A stretch of DNA of 62,364 bases, filler included, from Stramenopiles sp. TOSAG23-2 (Eukaryota): NCBI GenBank assembly GCA_900128395.1. It is 26 parts of 26 records of this genome, joined end to end, with 100 filler letters (N's around TTAATTAATTAA, not from the genome) between each part and the next. Parts side by side here need not be neighbours in the genome. Positions count along the whole stretch, not along the records: positions 45,746 to 48,038 come from LT651862.1; positions 48,139 to 50,430 come from LT651863.1; positions 50,531 to 52,819 come from LT651864.1; positions 52,920 to 55,207 come from LT651865.1; positions 55,308 to 57,595 come from LT651866.1; positions 57,696 to 59,981 come from LT651867.1; 20 more parts are not named here. One strand, written 5' to 3'. Under the pieces are notes generated by a model. That model saw only the letters and a program-made list of their open reading frames with translations, was not told the origin of the DNA and made no database searches. Both the position numbers and the translations under genes were made by a program. This document shows positions 45,746 through 57,750 of this stretch, in pieces; the first letter of the stretch is position 1, and each line of letters begins with the position of its first letter.

Positions 45746-48038
45746 TCCAAATGCATAAGTCGACCACTTGTCAATAAAGTACCACCAGTCAATTTCAATA
45801 TATTACCTGTTGCCATAGCTGTAGCACTTATATCAACCATATTGCCATTAGTTTGAGAATTACCTTGTACATGTAATAAATGTTCTTCAGACTTTAATGT
45901 TGTACCATCACCAGATGATATATGCAATGCTTTTCCGCTTGTTAATCCATTTGTATTGATTTTCATTCCTACTCCAGTTGTTAAAGCTGTTGCTGTCAAT
46001 CGTACAAGACCCTCCATGTGTCCATCTACCGTTGTAGTACTTAAATCCATTAATGCACCACTTGTTAGTTTATTCAATGATTCAACTGTTATTGCAGATC
46101 CAGATGTTAATTCAGATGCTTTTATGTATAACATCGTGCCATCTGTTTGTTTCTCACCATGCAATGAAAGCAATGTGCCTTTTACATGTTTGGATATTGT
46201 ACAATCAGTGTGGTCATTTTGCAAATCAGTATGCGGTGCTTTATCTTTATTTACTAATGTTATATCGTTACCGGCAATGAGAGATATTCTATATTCCCCA
46301 TTGTTTACTATTTGCTTACATCCTTGTATGCTTACAATATCACCTACATTATAATCTGCTATCCCTCCGGACCATATTGATGCTGATGCCGTGCATGTAG
46401 TTTCATTTATTTTACGATTTCCTGAGGTAATGTCGCATATGCCTGTGTCTAAATCATCAGTTTTATTTAATGTGATTATTAAATCAGCACTTCGTCCAAT
46501 GGCACTTTTTAAGATTTTTAATCTATCACCATCGCTGTATCCACTACCAGCATTAGTTACGGTTATATCTGTGACGGCAGTGTCGGTTGCTACGACCGTG
46601 ATCTGACCGCCTGTGCCAGATCCTGTTACAGTGGTAAGTGATATGTTAAAATGGGTGCCCTTAGAATATGTCGCATTTGCGCCTGTTGTACTATCTAATA
46701 AGGCATCAGCATCTGTTACCAGTGCGCCATCAAGATCATCTGCATCTAATGTAAATATTAAATCAGTACTACGGCCTGGAATAGCACTTGCTAAGATCTT
46801 TACCGAATCTCCAATTGCATATCCACTACCTCCAGTGGTTATAGTAATGCCTGTTATAGCAGTTGTCGATGTAACTACAGTGGCTTTTGCGCCTAAACCT
46901 AAACCACTGACAGTTTCAATTGTTATATCTGCAGTTGTAGCTTCATTATGTGTAGCACTTTCCCCATTTGTACTATCTAATAAGACATCTTCATCTGTTT
47001 TTAATCCATCATTATTGTCAATATCGTTTGCTGTTAATGTAAATACTAAATCAGCAGTGCGCCCAATACTACTTCCTAATATTGTTATTTTATCTCCAGG
47101 TGCATATCCACTACCTGCCGTAGTAACTGTAATACTTGTCACTGCTGTTTCACTTGTAATTATTGTACACAATGCACTTTGGCCACTTCCGGTAGTACTA
47201 CTAAATGCAACACCAGAATATGTCCCCTCATTGTGTGCAAAGGTAACACCACTTGCACTATTCAACAATGCAGAACCTGTAGCTTTTAATGCGTATGTCC
47301 AGATGCCCTGCCTATTACAAGCTTCCCTAGTCTTATATATTGCATTTGAACATACCGGAGATGATACCCCCGGTTGTGTAGATAATTTTAAGCCACCATT
47401 AGAAATATCAATAGCAGTAATCTTAATTATGTCTATTGGAATATCGGTGCCATCAGCAATTTTAGATATTTTACAGCCCGTTTTATCCGTCCCTGTTATA
47501 ATTGGCATGTTATCGTACATACTGACCAACGTAATGACTTGACCACTTATACCACCGGGACTTTTAATTTTATAATTTCCATTGTTTTTTATACTATCAG
47601 TATGGGTACAACCAGATATAGTTACAATATCACCTGCTACTAAATACCCAACTATTTTATTCGTTTCGTTAGATACCGCACCAATTGTATAGGCACCCGC
47701 CGCATTAATACTGGCAATCGTTAAATGGTTAGTTGGAACATCAACCACATTTGTCAAAGCAGTTCCATCACGAGTATCAATTAAAAAACCTGTGCCAGAT
47801 GTTATTGCTTTATAATCCATACGAATACCCGTGCCTTCTGTCATTTCTCGTAACTCTATTTGTATTGGATTTACAGCTTTATCCGATGTTGTTTTCAAAT
47901 GAAGTAACTTTCCAGTAGTTAAAGCTATATTATCAGTTATGTCCAACATTTTACCTGTTGTCAAGCTTGCTGCGGTTAATTGAATCATTGTACCTAATGT
48001 CAATGCAGGTGCTTTCATATCGATAATTGTACCTGATG
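45746..48038 (-). CDS. Internal fragment of a giant Thr/Gly-rich repetitive (adhesin/virion-fibre-like) protein
   Basis: Open across the whole contig, with LTTG/LTSG repeats, three GSGYxxGD modules and two GDIVxIxGC...NNGxYxI modules. Confidence 0.85.
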
Positions 48039-48776
48039 NNNNNNNNNNNNNNNNNNNNNNNNNNNNNNNNNNNNNNNNNNNNTTAATTAATTAANNNNNN
48101 NNNNNNNNNNNNNNNNNNNNNNNNNNNNNNNNNNNNNNATCATCTTTTTCTGGCATTTTATTACCTTAATATTGTGGCATGGGTTGCTACCATTGAAGCA
48201 GCATCCATTTTAAAAATTCATTATAAAATGATTTATTTTCATGCTAACAATTGTATTAGCTTGTGTTTTTTCATTGTTATTAGGTTTATATTAAAACACA
48301 TCTTAAACTCATATAATTGATTTGAACACTATTTAAGGTATATATAAAAAATGACAAATTTTGCCCGTTGGCAGTTGGCATTAAAAATTAATAAAACATA
48401 CATGTACACATCTCCATACACGCATTACATCTACGCAACAGGACAAATAGTTCGAAAGAAGAAGATCATCGTTACTGTTAGGTAGGGCATTTCCACATAT
48501 ATATTAACATTCGTATACAATATTAAAATCGTGCATTTTCATCATATATATATACGTATACATTAACATACATTAACATTCGTAATTAAGATTTTTTTTT
48601 TTGATTAAGCAATTACTGTTAGGTAGGGCATTTCCACATATATATTAACATTCGTATACAATATTTTAATCGTGCATTTTCATCTATATATATATATATA
48701 CGTATACATTAACATACATTAACATTCGTAATTAAGATTTTTTTTTTTGATTAAGCAAATTATTATACTCCACCAC

Positions 48777-49759
48777 ATGTCCCATTACAATAAGAAAGCG
48801 GCATTGACAGGGGATGATACGCAGGAAAGTGCATCGTATCGACGTGTATTAGGTACCGATATTGGTTCATTGGAACATCCATATTTCTCCACATCCGTAC
48901 GTAAATTTGAAACGAAACATGGAAAACAAGCTGCAATGCCAAAGTTTGCAGCATTGATGAAAAAAAATGAATGGAGAGCTGATTCTTCATTACAAGCATA
49001 TAAACGTAGGCATGAACGAAGGAAATCAATGAGTATATCGAATAGTTTAATGGGAAATGGTGTTCAAAATTTACTACGTGCAAATAAAAACAATGAAGGG
49101 AAAGGGCAAAAGAAAGAAGATAGTGGGAAAAACAATAAAAATGCGATGGAGCAAAACAAATTAAATGATACCAGTAATAAACATAAAATTGCTACAACAA
49201 ATGCTGGTAGTATTAGTAGTGGTAAACACAGCAATAATAATAATAATAATAATAAAAAGAAATTAAAAAAAGATCATAAACGTAAAAATAAGGATAATAT
49301 AAACGATGGTAGCAATGAGGATAACAATAAAACTAGTGACAATCTATTTGGTGCATCATTAGATCCGAAAGCGAAAAAACAAATTGCTGAGAAACGTAAA
49401 GTTGCAAAAGCATGGTATAAAATGGCATGTAGCGTCAGAGTACGTTCAGCTATTGTAAAAGATGGTGCGTTCAATTTAGGGATACGGGAAGCTTTTTAAA
49501 GCATTTAGATGGTGTTTTAGGAGATGATGTTGTACCAAGTAATAGTAGTGTACAATCATTATCGGTTTCATCATTATCATTATCAACTAGTGATCATCAT
49601 GTTGATAATAATAATAATAATAATACGAAGCAACCGGTGATGGCGGGTAAAACGTTAGGTAATAGCGTGAAAATTGGAACAAAAAAGAAACAACGTAAGG
49701 CAAAGACGAGGGATAAAGGTGAATGGCCATTTGTTGATGGTTCTGGTGGTCATGAGTAG
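48777..49759 (+). CDS. Hypothetical low-complexity protein; probable frameshift in a T run near 49495
   Basis: ORF to 49499. A second frame continues LKHLDGVLGDD...GSGGHE-stop. Confidence 0.55.
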
Positions 49760-49938
49760 AAAGATGGGGGGGGGGCGGTTGTTTAGATTGGATATAGGGA
49801 TGTTTAACAGCAAGGAGAATAAGAACGAGAGAAACACTTTTTTAAAAATCTAAAATGTAAAATCTTTTTTATTTTTTACAAATTCCTACGGTTCGTAATA
49901 CATTTTTAAATGCATTATTATGCGTATCCTGCCCTGGG

Positions 49939-50099
49939 CCTGCTTGATGTCATATCGTGACCGACTGTGACGATTTCTGTAATGCTGTGTACCTGCTATT
50001 TGGCCCTTAGCAGTGAAATAACATAACGAAATTAGCAAATAGCAGCTACACAGCATTACAGAAATCGTCACATTCGGTCACGATATGACATCAAGCAGG
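49939..50099. mobile_element. MITE-like foldback (64-bp inverted arms, 33-nt loop)
   Basis: 49939-50002 versus the reverse complement of 50036-50099: 62/64 identical. Confidence 0.8.
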
Positions 50100-50801
50100 A
50101 TTAGTACTGGTAGTGTTATTTTGTTATTTGATAGGGAATTAATGAAGAAGGTACACATTTCCAAAAAACAATTGAAATGATAAAAATGTCTTGAGGTGGA
50201 AAGTGTAAATCCATAGAAGCGATAAAGGAAAAAAGTAAAATTTTTGCTCAAAATATAGTTTAATATTTTTTAAAAAAAATTACGCACAAAGATTCTAAAG
50301 TCTATCCCCACTATTTCCATATTCCAATTGAAGTAATCGTCTACGTCTTGAATTAACACTACTACTACCACATTCACTATTTGGTTTATGATCGCATTTT
50401 GCTGTAAACGTCGTACCAGTCACTTTGTAANNNNNNNNNNNNNNNNNNNNNNNNNNNNNNNNNNNNNNNNNNNNTTAATTAATTAANNNNNNNNNNNNNN
50501 NNNNNNNNNNNNNNNNNNNNNNNNNNNNNNAGTACAAAGTGATAGGAAACATGGAAAAACTGCCAAATGGCAGTACCACGAACTAGATTGTTACCACAAG
50601 AACATTATTTAACTATAGCTTACTACTATTATAGCAGCACATCATCATTGCCACATTATTATTATTTTATTTATATTTTTTTTTTTTTTTTTTGTTGTTA
50701 CTCTTTAGCAACTTTACTTATTTACCCCACACTGAACAACAAGTATGAATTACAGTAGTAACTGGTTCAAGTCATCTTCTTCCTCGAAAATTTCATAGTA
50801 A

Positions 50802-52748
50802 TTGCCAGATAAATTGTTTAAATTAAGAGGTTTAATGGTTAAATATAACCTACATGGATATATAGTACCAACCTCAGATGCACATAACAGTGAGTATGTA
50901 AGAGATGTAGATAAGCGACGTGAATATATATCAGGTTTTACTGGTAGTGCTGGGACCGCAGTAATTACATTATCAAATGCAAGACTGTGGACGGATGGTA
51001 GATATTTTTTACAGGCTAATGAAGAATTAAGTGAGGATTGGAAATTAATGAAAGATAGACAACGAGGCACACCAACTGTCACGGATTGGCTTGTTAAAAC
51101 CATTAAAAATAACGACAAGAATGATTTTGATAGTAAAAGTGCAACGAAATATATTGGTTACGACCCCAATGTAATATCCATATCAACGGAGGAAAGTTGG
51201 AAAAGCAGTTTAGAGAACACAGGAATTAATTTAGCACCAATTAACGACAATTTAATCGATATAGTATGGGGAACAGATAAGCCATCGCCACCATGCGAAC
51301 CTTTTATATATTTAAATATTGACTTTACTGGGAAAAGTGCTAAAGATAAAATATTTGAATTACGCGAAGATATGAAAAATAAAGCAAATGGCGCGGATAT
51401 GTCGCTCATCACAGCATTAGATGACGTCGCATGGTTGTTAAATATACGCGGCTCAGATATATCGTACAATCCTGTGGGCATTGCATTTGTTGTTGTAACA
51501 ATGACTGAAACTATAATTTGTACAAATGTAAATCAAGTAAAAGATGAGGTGTTTGACCACTTTGAACGTGAGGGTATCACTGTGAGACCATACGAAGATT
51601 TCAATGAAGTTATTGCAGAGCTTGCAACGTCTATTGCTGCCAGTCGTTCGAATAATGATAGTAACAACAATGAAAAATCAAAATCGCTCCCAAAAATTTG
51701 GCTGGACAGAGGAAGTTGTAATAGCGCAGTTTATTCAATTGCAAAAAGAGTTGGTACTATTGTAAGTGGTAATGTCATGTTTCCAATTGCATTAAAAAAA
51801 GCCATTAAGAACCCTGTAGAAATCAATGGAATGAAAGAATCACATATACGTGATGGTGCTGCTATTGTTCGATATTTATCATGGTTGGAGGAACAAATGA
51901 AAGATGGAAATGATGGTGCAGAAGGTATATTGGATGAAGTAGCGGTTGCTGATAAATTGGAAAATTTACGTAGCGAAATCCAACATTACAAAGGATTGAG
52001 TTTTGAAACGATTTCATCTAGCGGTCCAAACGGTGCTGTTATTCATTATGCTCCAACACGTGGTAATTGTAGAAAATTATCAAAATCAGAAATGTATTTA
52101 TGTGATTCAGGTGGGCAATATTTAGATGGTACGACAGATATAACTCGTACTGTTCATTTCGGCATACCTACGCAACATGAAATCAGATGTTTTACAAGAG
52201 TTTTACAAGGGCACATAGCATTAGCTTCTGCCGTTTTCCCAATCGGTACGCCTGGCCACAAGCTTGATATTTTAGCTCGTTTGCCATTACATCAAGATGG
52301 TCTTGATTATCGACATGGTACGGGCCATGGTGTTGGTTGCTTCTTAAATGTTCATGAAGGGCCACATGGTATTGGAACAGGTGTACGTACGCATTATAAA
52401 GACGGATTTCAAGCTGGTATGACTACATCGAATGAACCTGGGTATTATGAAGATGGTAACTTTGGTATTCGCATTGAAAATATATTAATATGTGAAAATG
52501 CACCTACAAAATTTAATTTTGGCGATAAGAAGTTTTTAAAGTTCAGTAATTTAACAATGGCACCATTACAACGGAAGTTAATTGATCCAACATTATTAAA
52601 TTCAATGGAAATTAATTGGATTGATGATTATCATAAAGATGTTCGAGATAAATTATTACCACAATTACAACGAAAAGAGGATGATAAATTAGCTCGACAA
52701 TATTTATTACGGGAAACGGAGCCCATTGATTTAAATGGAAGGTTGTAA
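50802..52748 (+). CDS. Xaa-Pro aminopeptidase (M24B, XPNPEP1-like); true start uncertain
   Basis: DAHNSEY, SGFTGSAG, WTDGRY, DSGGQYLDGTTDITRT, HGTGHGVG, VHEGP, NEPGYY and GIRIEN. Confidence 0.95.
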   Translation: MPDKLFKLRGLMVKYNLHGYIVPTSDAHNSEYVRDVDKRREYISGFTGSAGTAVITLSNARLWTDGRYFLQANEELSEDWKLMKDRQRGTPTVTDWLVKTIKNNDKNDFDSKSATKYIGYDPNVISISTEESWKSSLENTGINLAPINDNLIDIVWGTDKPSPPCEPFIYLNIDFTGKSAKDKIFELREDMKNKANGADMSLITALDDVAWLLNIRGSDISYNPVGIAFVVVTMTETIICTNVNQVKDEVFDHFEREGITVRPYEDFNEVIAELATSIAASRSNNDSNNNEKSKSLPKIWLDRGSCNSAVYSIAKRVGTIVSGNVMFPIALKKAIKNPVEINGMKESHIRDGAAIVRYLSWLEEQMKDGNDGAEGILDEVAVADKLENLRSEIQHYKGLSFETISSSGPNGAVIHYAPTRGNCRKLSKSEMYLCDSGGQYLDGTTDITRTVHFGIPTQHEIRCFTRVLQGHIALASAVFPIGTPGHKLDILARLPLHQDGLDYRHGTGHGVGCFLNVHEGPHGIGTGVRTHYKDGFQAGMTTSNEPGYYEDGNFGIRIENILICENAPTKFNFGDKKFLKFSNLTMAPLQRKLIDPTLLNSMEINWIDDYHKDVRDKLLPQLQRKEDDKLARQYLLRETEPIDLNGRL

Positions 52749-52919
52749 AAAGAAAAAAAAGAAAATTGAAAACAACAACGAAGCACAAAGTATAATATAT
52801 ATTATATATATATATATATNNNNNNNNNNNNNNNNNNNNNNNNNNNNNNNNNNNNNNNNNNNNTTAATTAATTAANNNNNNNNNNNNNNNNNNNNNNNNN
52901 NNNNNNNNNNNNNNNNNNN

Positions 52920-53740
52920 CCACTTCTTTGCCGTATTGATATTTGAGAATGTAACATCCCTTTACCAACATTATCACCTAAACGTTTTAATCTATATTCA
53001 TTCATTTCATTGATGTGATTTAAATATCTCAATTTCTGCTTACTTTTTCCTTTTACTCGTAATTGATCTTGTGTTTCATGTGTTACATATTGTTCATTTA
53101 TAATTCCATTTATTCGATTTTCTATTTGTTGTTTTTTTGTGCTCTTGATCCATCGTGGCTTCAAACCATGTGTCCATTCCCAACCGGATTGCTCTAATCG
53201 TTTACGTTCCCATTGTTGCCAACCTTTTCCTTTCTCATCAAAATTTTTATTAAATCGTAATGGACTACGACGAAAATTTTCACCCTCGTACAAACCTGTG
53301 GATGGCAATGATGCTGTTTGTATCAATTGATAAATTGGATGGTCCTGATAATCTACTTCCTGATGTATTGCCAATTTTCAATAATGCATTCGTACTACCA
53401 CTACTACCGCTGCTGCTACTTTTGTTGTTTCCCAACAAGCTATGAACATCTTTCAATGATGATGACGTACGTACTTGCCTTGATTTTGTATCTGCTAATG
53501 GGGATGTAAATCCAAATGTGTTTAATGGTTTGATATTAATTGGACTATTTACAGTATCTTGTAAAAATTTGCTTTCACGTTTACGTGCGCGATCTAACAT
53601 CAATTGCGTTTCCGGCTTATCAGCAAATATTAATGTTTGCAAAAACTCTTCAAATGTTATATCACCATTACCATCAATATCACATGCGATGCATAATTGG
53701 TGTACTTCCTCATCGGTTAAACCAATATCTAAATGATTTG
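52920..53740 (-). CDS. EF-hand-containing protein fragment, frameshifted and chimeric
   Basis: EVHQLCMACDIDGNGDITFEEFLQTL upstream of the 53280-53642 ORF. It continues in the 52920-53374 frame. Confidence 0.55.
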
Positions 53741-54840
53741 GCCCAACATTACATCATAAATTTTCTGCTATGAAGGAATTGAATATGAATAATGGAAATG
53801 CTATAATAAATACTCTTCGTGATCCTGCTGACAAAGATGATGTTGAGCAAAAATTAATGAAAGAATTATTTCAGAATTACGATATTGAAATGGAAAGGAA
53901 AAATGATATTTCATTACCAAAATTCCAAGGCGATGCAGGAGAATGGATACAAAGTATTATGAAACATCATTATCAATATTTTAATTTAGAATTGGATGAG
54001 TAGAGCTATTTTACAACGCAGATATTCAAATAGTAAAAACCTTAAATGATACATAAAAAAATATTTAATTATTATTATTATACCTCCAGCCTAAATACAA
54101 TATATACAGTATTGATCGATTACCGTTGTGGTAGAAAAATATATATAATAATCCTTTTAGAAGAGGTACATATTTATAAAACATATTGGAGATCCACAGA
54201 CATTATATACAATGTACAACAAATAATTACAACAATAATAAATAATTACAACAATAACAAATAATTACAACAATAACAAATAATACGATCATGGGATGTG
54301 CTGCGGGAAAAAAAAAAATATACGTGTTTGAAGTGCAAGAATCAAAAGAAGGCCGTTACATATATGTATTAATGATTTATTAAAATATATTACAATGTGT
54401 ATTATAATTAATTTACATGTGCACATGTTGTTTTTTTAGCTTAAAAAAAATCAAACGTTTTTTATACTAGATGATTTTGAACCCCTGATATTGTCATGCT
54501 AAAACGTAAAATCTTTGGGGCACGTGAAACCACCATTGGATTTATAATACATGTGAATAGCATTAGCTCGACGGATCCATCACGGTTAAAGGGTTATTAT
54601 TGCATGCACTCTTTGTGTAGAGATCGTGAGATCGTCTCTCCTCTCTATAGAAGAAATGAACTGCACACACAATAAATAATAAATCTTGAGTTCATATTTA
54701 TATTCTTATTGGTAAAAAAGACACAGTTTGGTAGAAGAAACAAATAAAAAGTGTAGAGGAGGAAAAATTGAGATCTAGAAAAGTGTAACGGGGGGACAGT
54801 AAATTATACTTTTCTAAGATCGATTTCCAAGATTTCCAAG

Positions 54841-54922
54841 AATCGACAGGAATACGGCCCGGCTTCGTATTGGAGAGCTAATAGGTACAATAGAGCTATA
54901 GGTGCAAATATTCCTGTCGATT
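54841..54922. repeat. Small inverted-repeat element (14-bp perfect IR)
   Basis: AATCGACAGGAATA (54841-54854) and TATTCCTGTCGATT (54909-54922). Confidence 0.65.
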
Positions 54923-55712
54923 TTTCTAATACTATACAAATGTCAAAAATGGGGGAAAATATATACCAAAATATTTACCTTTTTAGCTTCACATAATAAC
55001 CATTTAATACAGGTGTGAATACTCGTAATCACCAACGACTTGTGCCAAAATTACTTTTATTTTTACTCTCTATAAGTGACGATATCCAGGAAATATCATT
55101 ATTATTTCCTCCATCTCGCTCTCTCTTTTCTCTCAAAATGTTAAAAAAGTTTGTCGTAATTTATTGATCAATTTTATCTCTTTATTTTGCAATAATAAGA
55201 TTTGATTNNNNNNNNNNNNNNNNNNNNNNNNNNNNNNNNNNNNNNNNNNNNTTAATTAATTAANNNNNNNNNNNNNNNNNNNNNNNNNNNNNNNNNNNNN
55301 NNNNNNNCTAATACACTACACACCCATTGCCCTCAGTTTTATTAATATTTGGAATTATCATGAGTAAACTTCAAAATTGGGCACAATCATTATATGCCTA
55401 TCATAAATATCATATATATACATTATATATTAATAATATATGATATACGCGCGTACAGTCTGACTTCACTACACTTGCATGTACATTTAAAACATTTGAC
55501 CGTTTGGCCCAGGAGAGCACGAAGTAAATTTTTATACGAAGTATATAATATATATAATGTCATATGCAATATATATATATATATATATATGATGATACCT
55601 CGGTACGAATACTTTCGTACGTGATTTTAAATGTCATATCATATCTCCCATATCTTTCTCAGTAATATGATATCATATCATATGATCATATCGTATGATA
55701 CACGTTTCTCGC

Positions 55713-56495
55713 TCAATAATAATGTTCAACATTATCATATCGTGAATGATTTGGTGCAAGCGGATTAGATTGGCTTGCAACGTTAGTTTTCGATATGCCA
55801 TGTGATAGCTTATTTTTATTTATCATTGCTTCCATTAAATAATTACTTTTGTTTTTAATAGAACCTCTAGGATTTTTCTTTTTTTTAATTGCTGACGATG
55901 CAAAATTTGTTCTGTTATTATTATTACGATGTACCGCCGGATTTCTATTATTATTGTAACGTTGTCCATTTTTGCGCAATAGTAAATTATTATTTATCAA
56001 CGAGTCTTTGCTACTCCAACCAATTCCTATTGTTTCATCCGATGCTTGGCGTTTCAATGAAGAGTTAAAAATATTACGTTTTGGAGTAATAAGAACTTTT
56101 TTGCAAATTTTTTCGTGTGCTAAAATACGTTCCGTTCGAAATTTTCGTTTACAATACTCACACGGTTTTAACTTTAAAGTTTTATTCATTTCAATAGAAT
56201 TTTCGATTGTTTGATCGGCAGTGTGCAACGGTCTATCATCATTCAAATATTGCCCATGGCCGCCATCACTTAATATATTATTTACATAAGAGTTCGATTT
56301 TAGACGACAGCAGTCATTTTTTTTGACATGTTCCGCAATTAAGTGACCTTGTATTCCAACATTACATAAAGGACATATTAACGTTTCAAAAGAGCCACTA
56401 TTTTGTTTCGCACATACTTTAATATGAAATGGAAACGAAGCTTTAAAAAATTTTTTTAAACAAATTGGGCATTGTATATTATTCCTTTGTGCCAT
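55713..56495 (-). CDS. C2HC zinc-finger protein (ZC2HC1/FAM164-like)
   Basis: CPICLKKF...HIKVC, CPLC...HVKKNDC and CEYCKRKFRTERILAHEKIC. Confidence 0.85.
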   Translation of the reverse strand: MAQRNNIQCPICLKKFFKASFPFHIKVCAKQNSGSFETLICPLCNVGIQGHLIAEHVKKNDCCRLKSNSYVNNILSDGGHGQYLNDDRPLHTADQTIENSIEMNKTLKLKPCEYCKRKFRTERILAHEKICKKVLITPKRNIFNSSLKRQASDETIGIGWSSKDSLINNNLLLRKNGQRYNNNRNPAVHRNNNNRTNFASSAIKKKKNPRGSIKNKSNYLMEAMINKNKLSHGISKTNVASQSNPLAPNHSRYDNVEHYY

Positions 56496-57257
56496 ATTAT
56501 TATTGTTTCGCTTTTGATTTTCTGTCTGTCTGTCTCCTGATCTTTAAATTTGTCTTTTCTTTATTATCACTCACTGTATTGTGTCACATTGACGACCGTT
56601 TGTGTGTGTGTACTGTATGTAGTATTTAATTATAAATAACTTGAAAAAATACCAAGTTAGCAAAAAAAACAACTAACAACAACAAATATAATAATAATAC
56701 AATCGTTGCTCAGCACTCAACAACAACAACAACCAGGAATAATCCTGATATTATATGGAGAATTAGAATACCAAAAAATATACCTGGAATAATATAATAA
56801 TAAGGATCGAGTATAATAGATAATAGCCCGGCAGTGTCGTCTATTACGAGACTCGTATAGTCTAGCAACTCTACGTACCCACTCATAGTGTCTAATTTCA
56901 AATTTCACTAATAGGGCCTTAATAATCTCGTATAGACTAGCTCGTATAGACGACTACCAAGCAGTAATGTAAGCAGCAAGCAGCACGTATAATTTGAGAC
57001 ATTTCAAAACTGAGAAGACGTTAGCGTTTTAGGCTTGCTTTATCTTGTTGCCGGTATAATAATGATGTGCTAATAATTGTAGAAACTTAGCTAATGGAAA
57101 CTGTCATAAATAATAATAATAGTAATAATACTATATATATATGCCCTGCTAATTACGACTATAATATTTTATTTAAAATAATACAATAATACTTTCGATT
57201 GAATTTATTTGTCTCTCTCTAAAAAGAAACATATATATATATAAAAAAAAGGTGAAT

Positions 57258-57595
57258 ATGTCTAGATCGTCATTAAAAAATATTGCAGATGAATTATCTT
57301 CCTCAGAGGACGATGATAATAATTATGATGATGAAGGATACGATGAATATGATGATGAGGAAAACGACTCAAAGGCATTGAAAAAATTATCACAAAGTTC
57401 GCCTGGAAGATTGCGTACAAGCAAAAAAGGCAATGAAACGTTTTCCTTATCCATCAATGAAGCTGCAGATGTTTTGCGTAAATCATCGGATCAAAGCTTA
57501 TTTGGTCGTTTATTTACAACGTCTAAAATTGGTAATAGCCGAACCTTGGGTAAAAGTAGAGGGAAAAAAAAAACAATAATGCAAGTACAAGTGAT
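57258..57595 (+). CDS. Hypothetical protein, 5' part
   Basis: ATG follows an (AT)n tract and the frame is open to the contig end. Confidence 0.6.
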
Positions 57596-57750
57596 NNNNN
57601 NNNNNNNNNNNNNNNNNNNNNNNNNNNNNNNNNNNNNNNTTAATTAATTAANNNNNNNNNNNNNNNNNNNNNNNNNNNNNNNNNNNNNNNNNNNNTTTTT
57701 ACATTCCTCCTGATCTTATTAAAGGTGGGTCATACATATATATATAATCA

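Noticed and set aside
48473-48760. ~140-bp tandem duplication upstream of 48777
   Set aside because: Copies differ mainly in microsatellite and homopolymer length, as expected of alleles.
50745-50804. Stop-codon reassignment (ATG...TAG TAA in frame before the aminopeptidase)
   Set aside because: TAA, TAG and TGA all terminate conserved genes here (GST, kinase, ETFB) and long ORFs have no internal stops; a 1-nt indel explains it.
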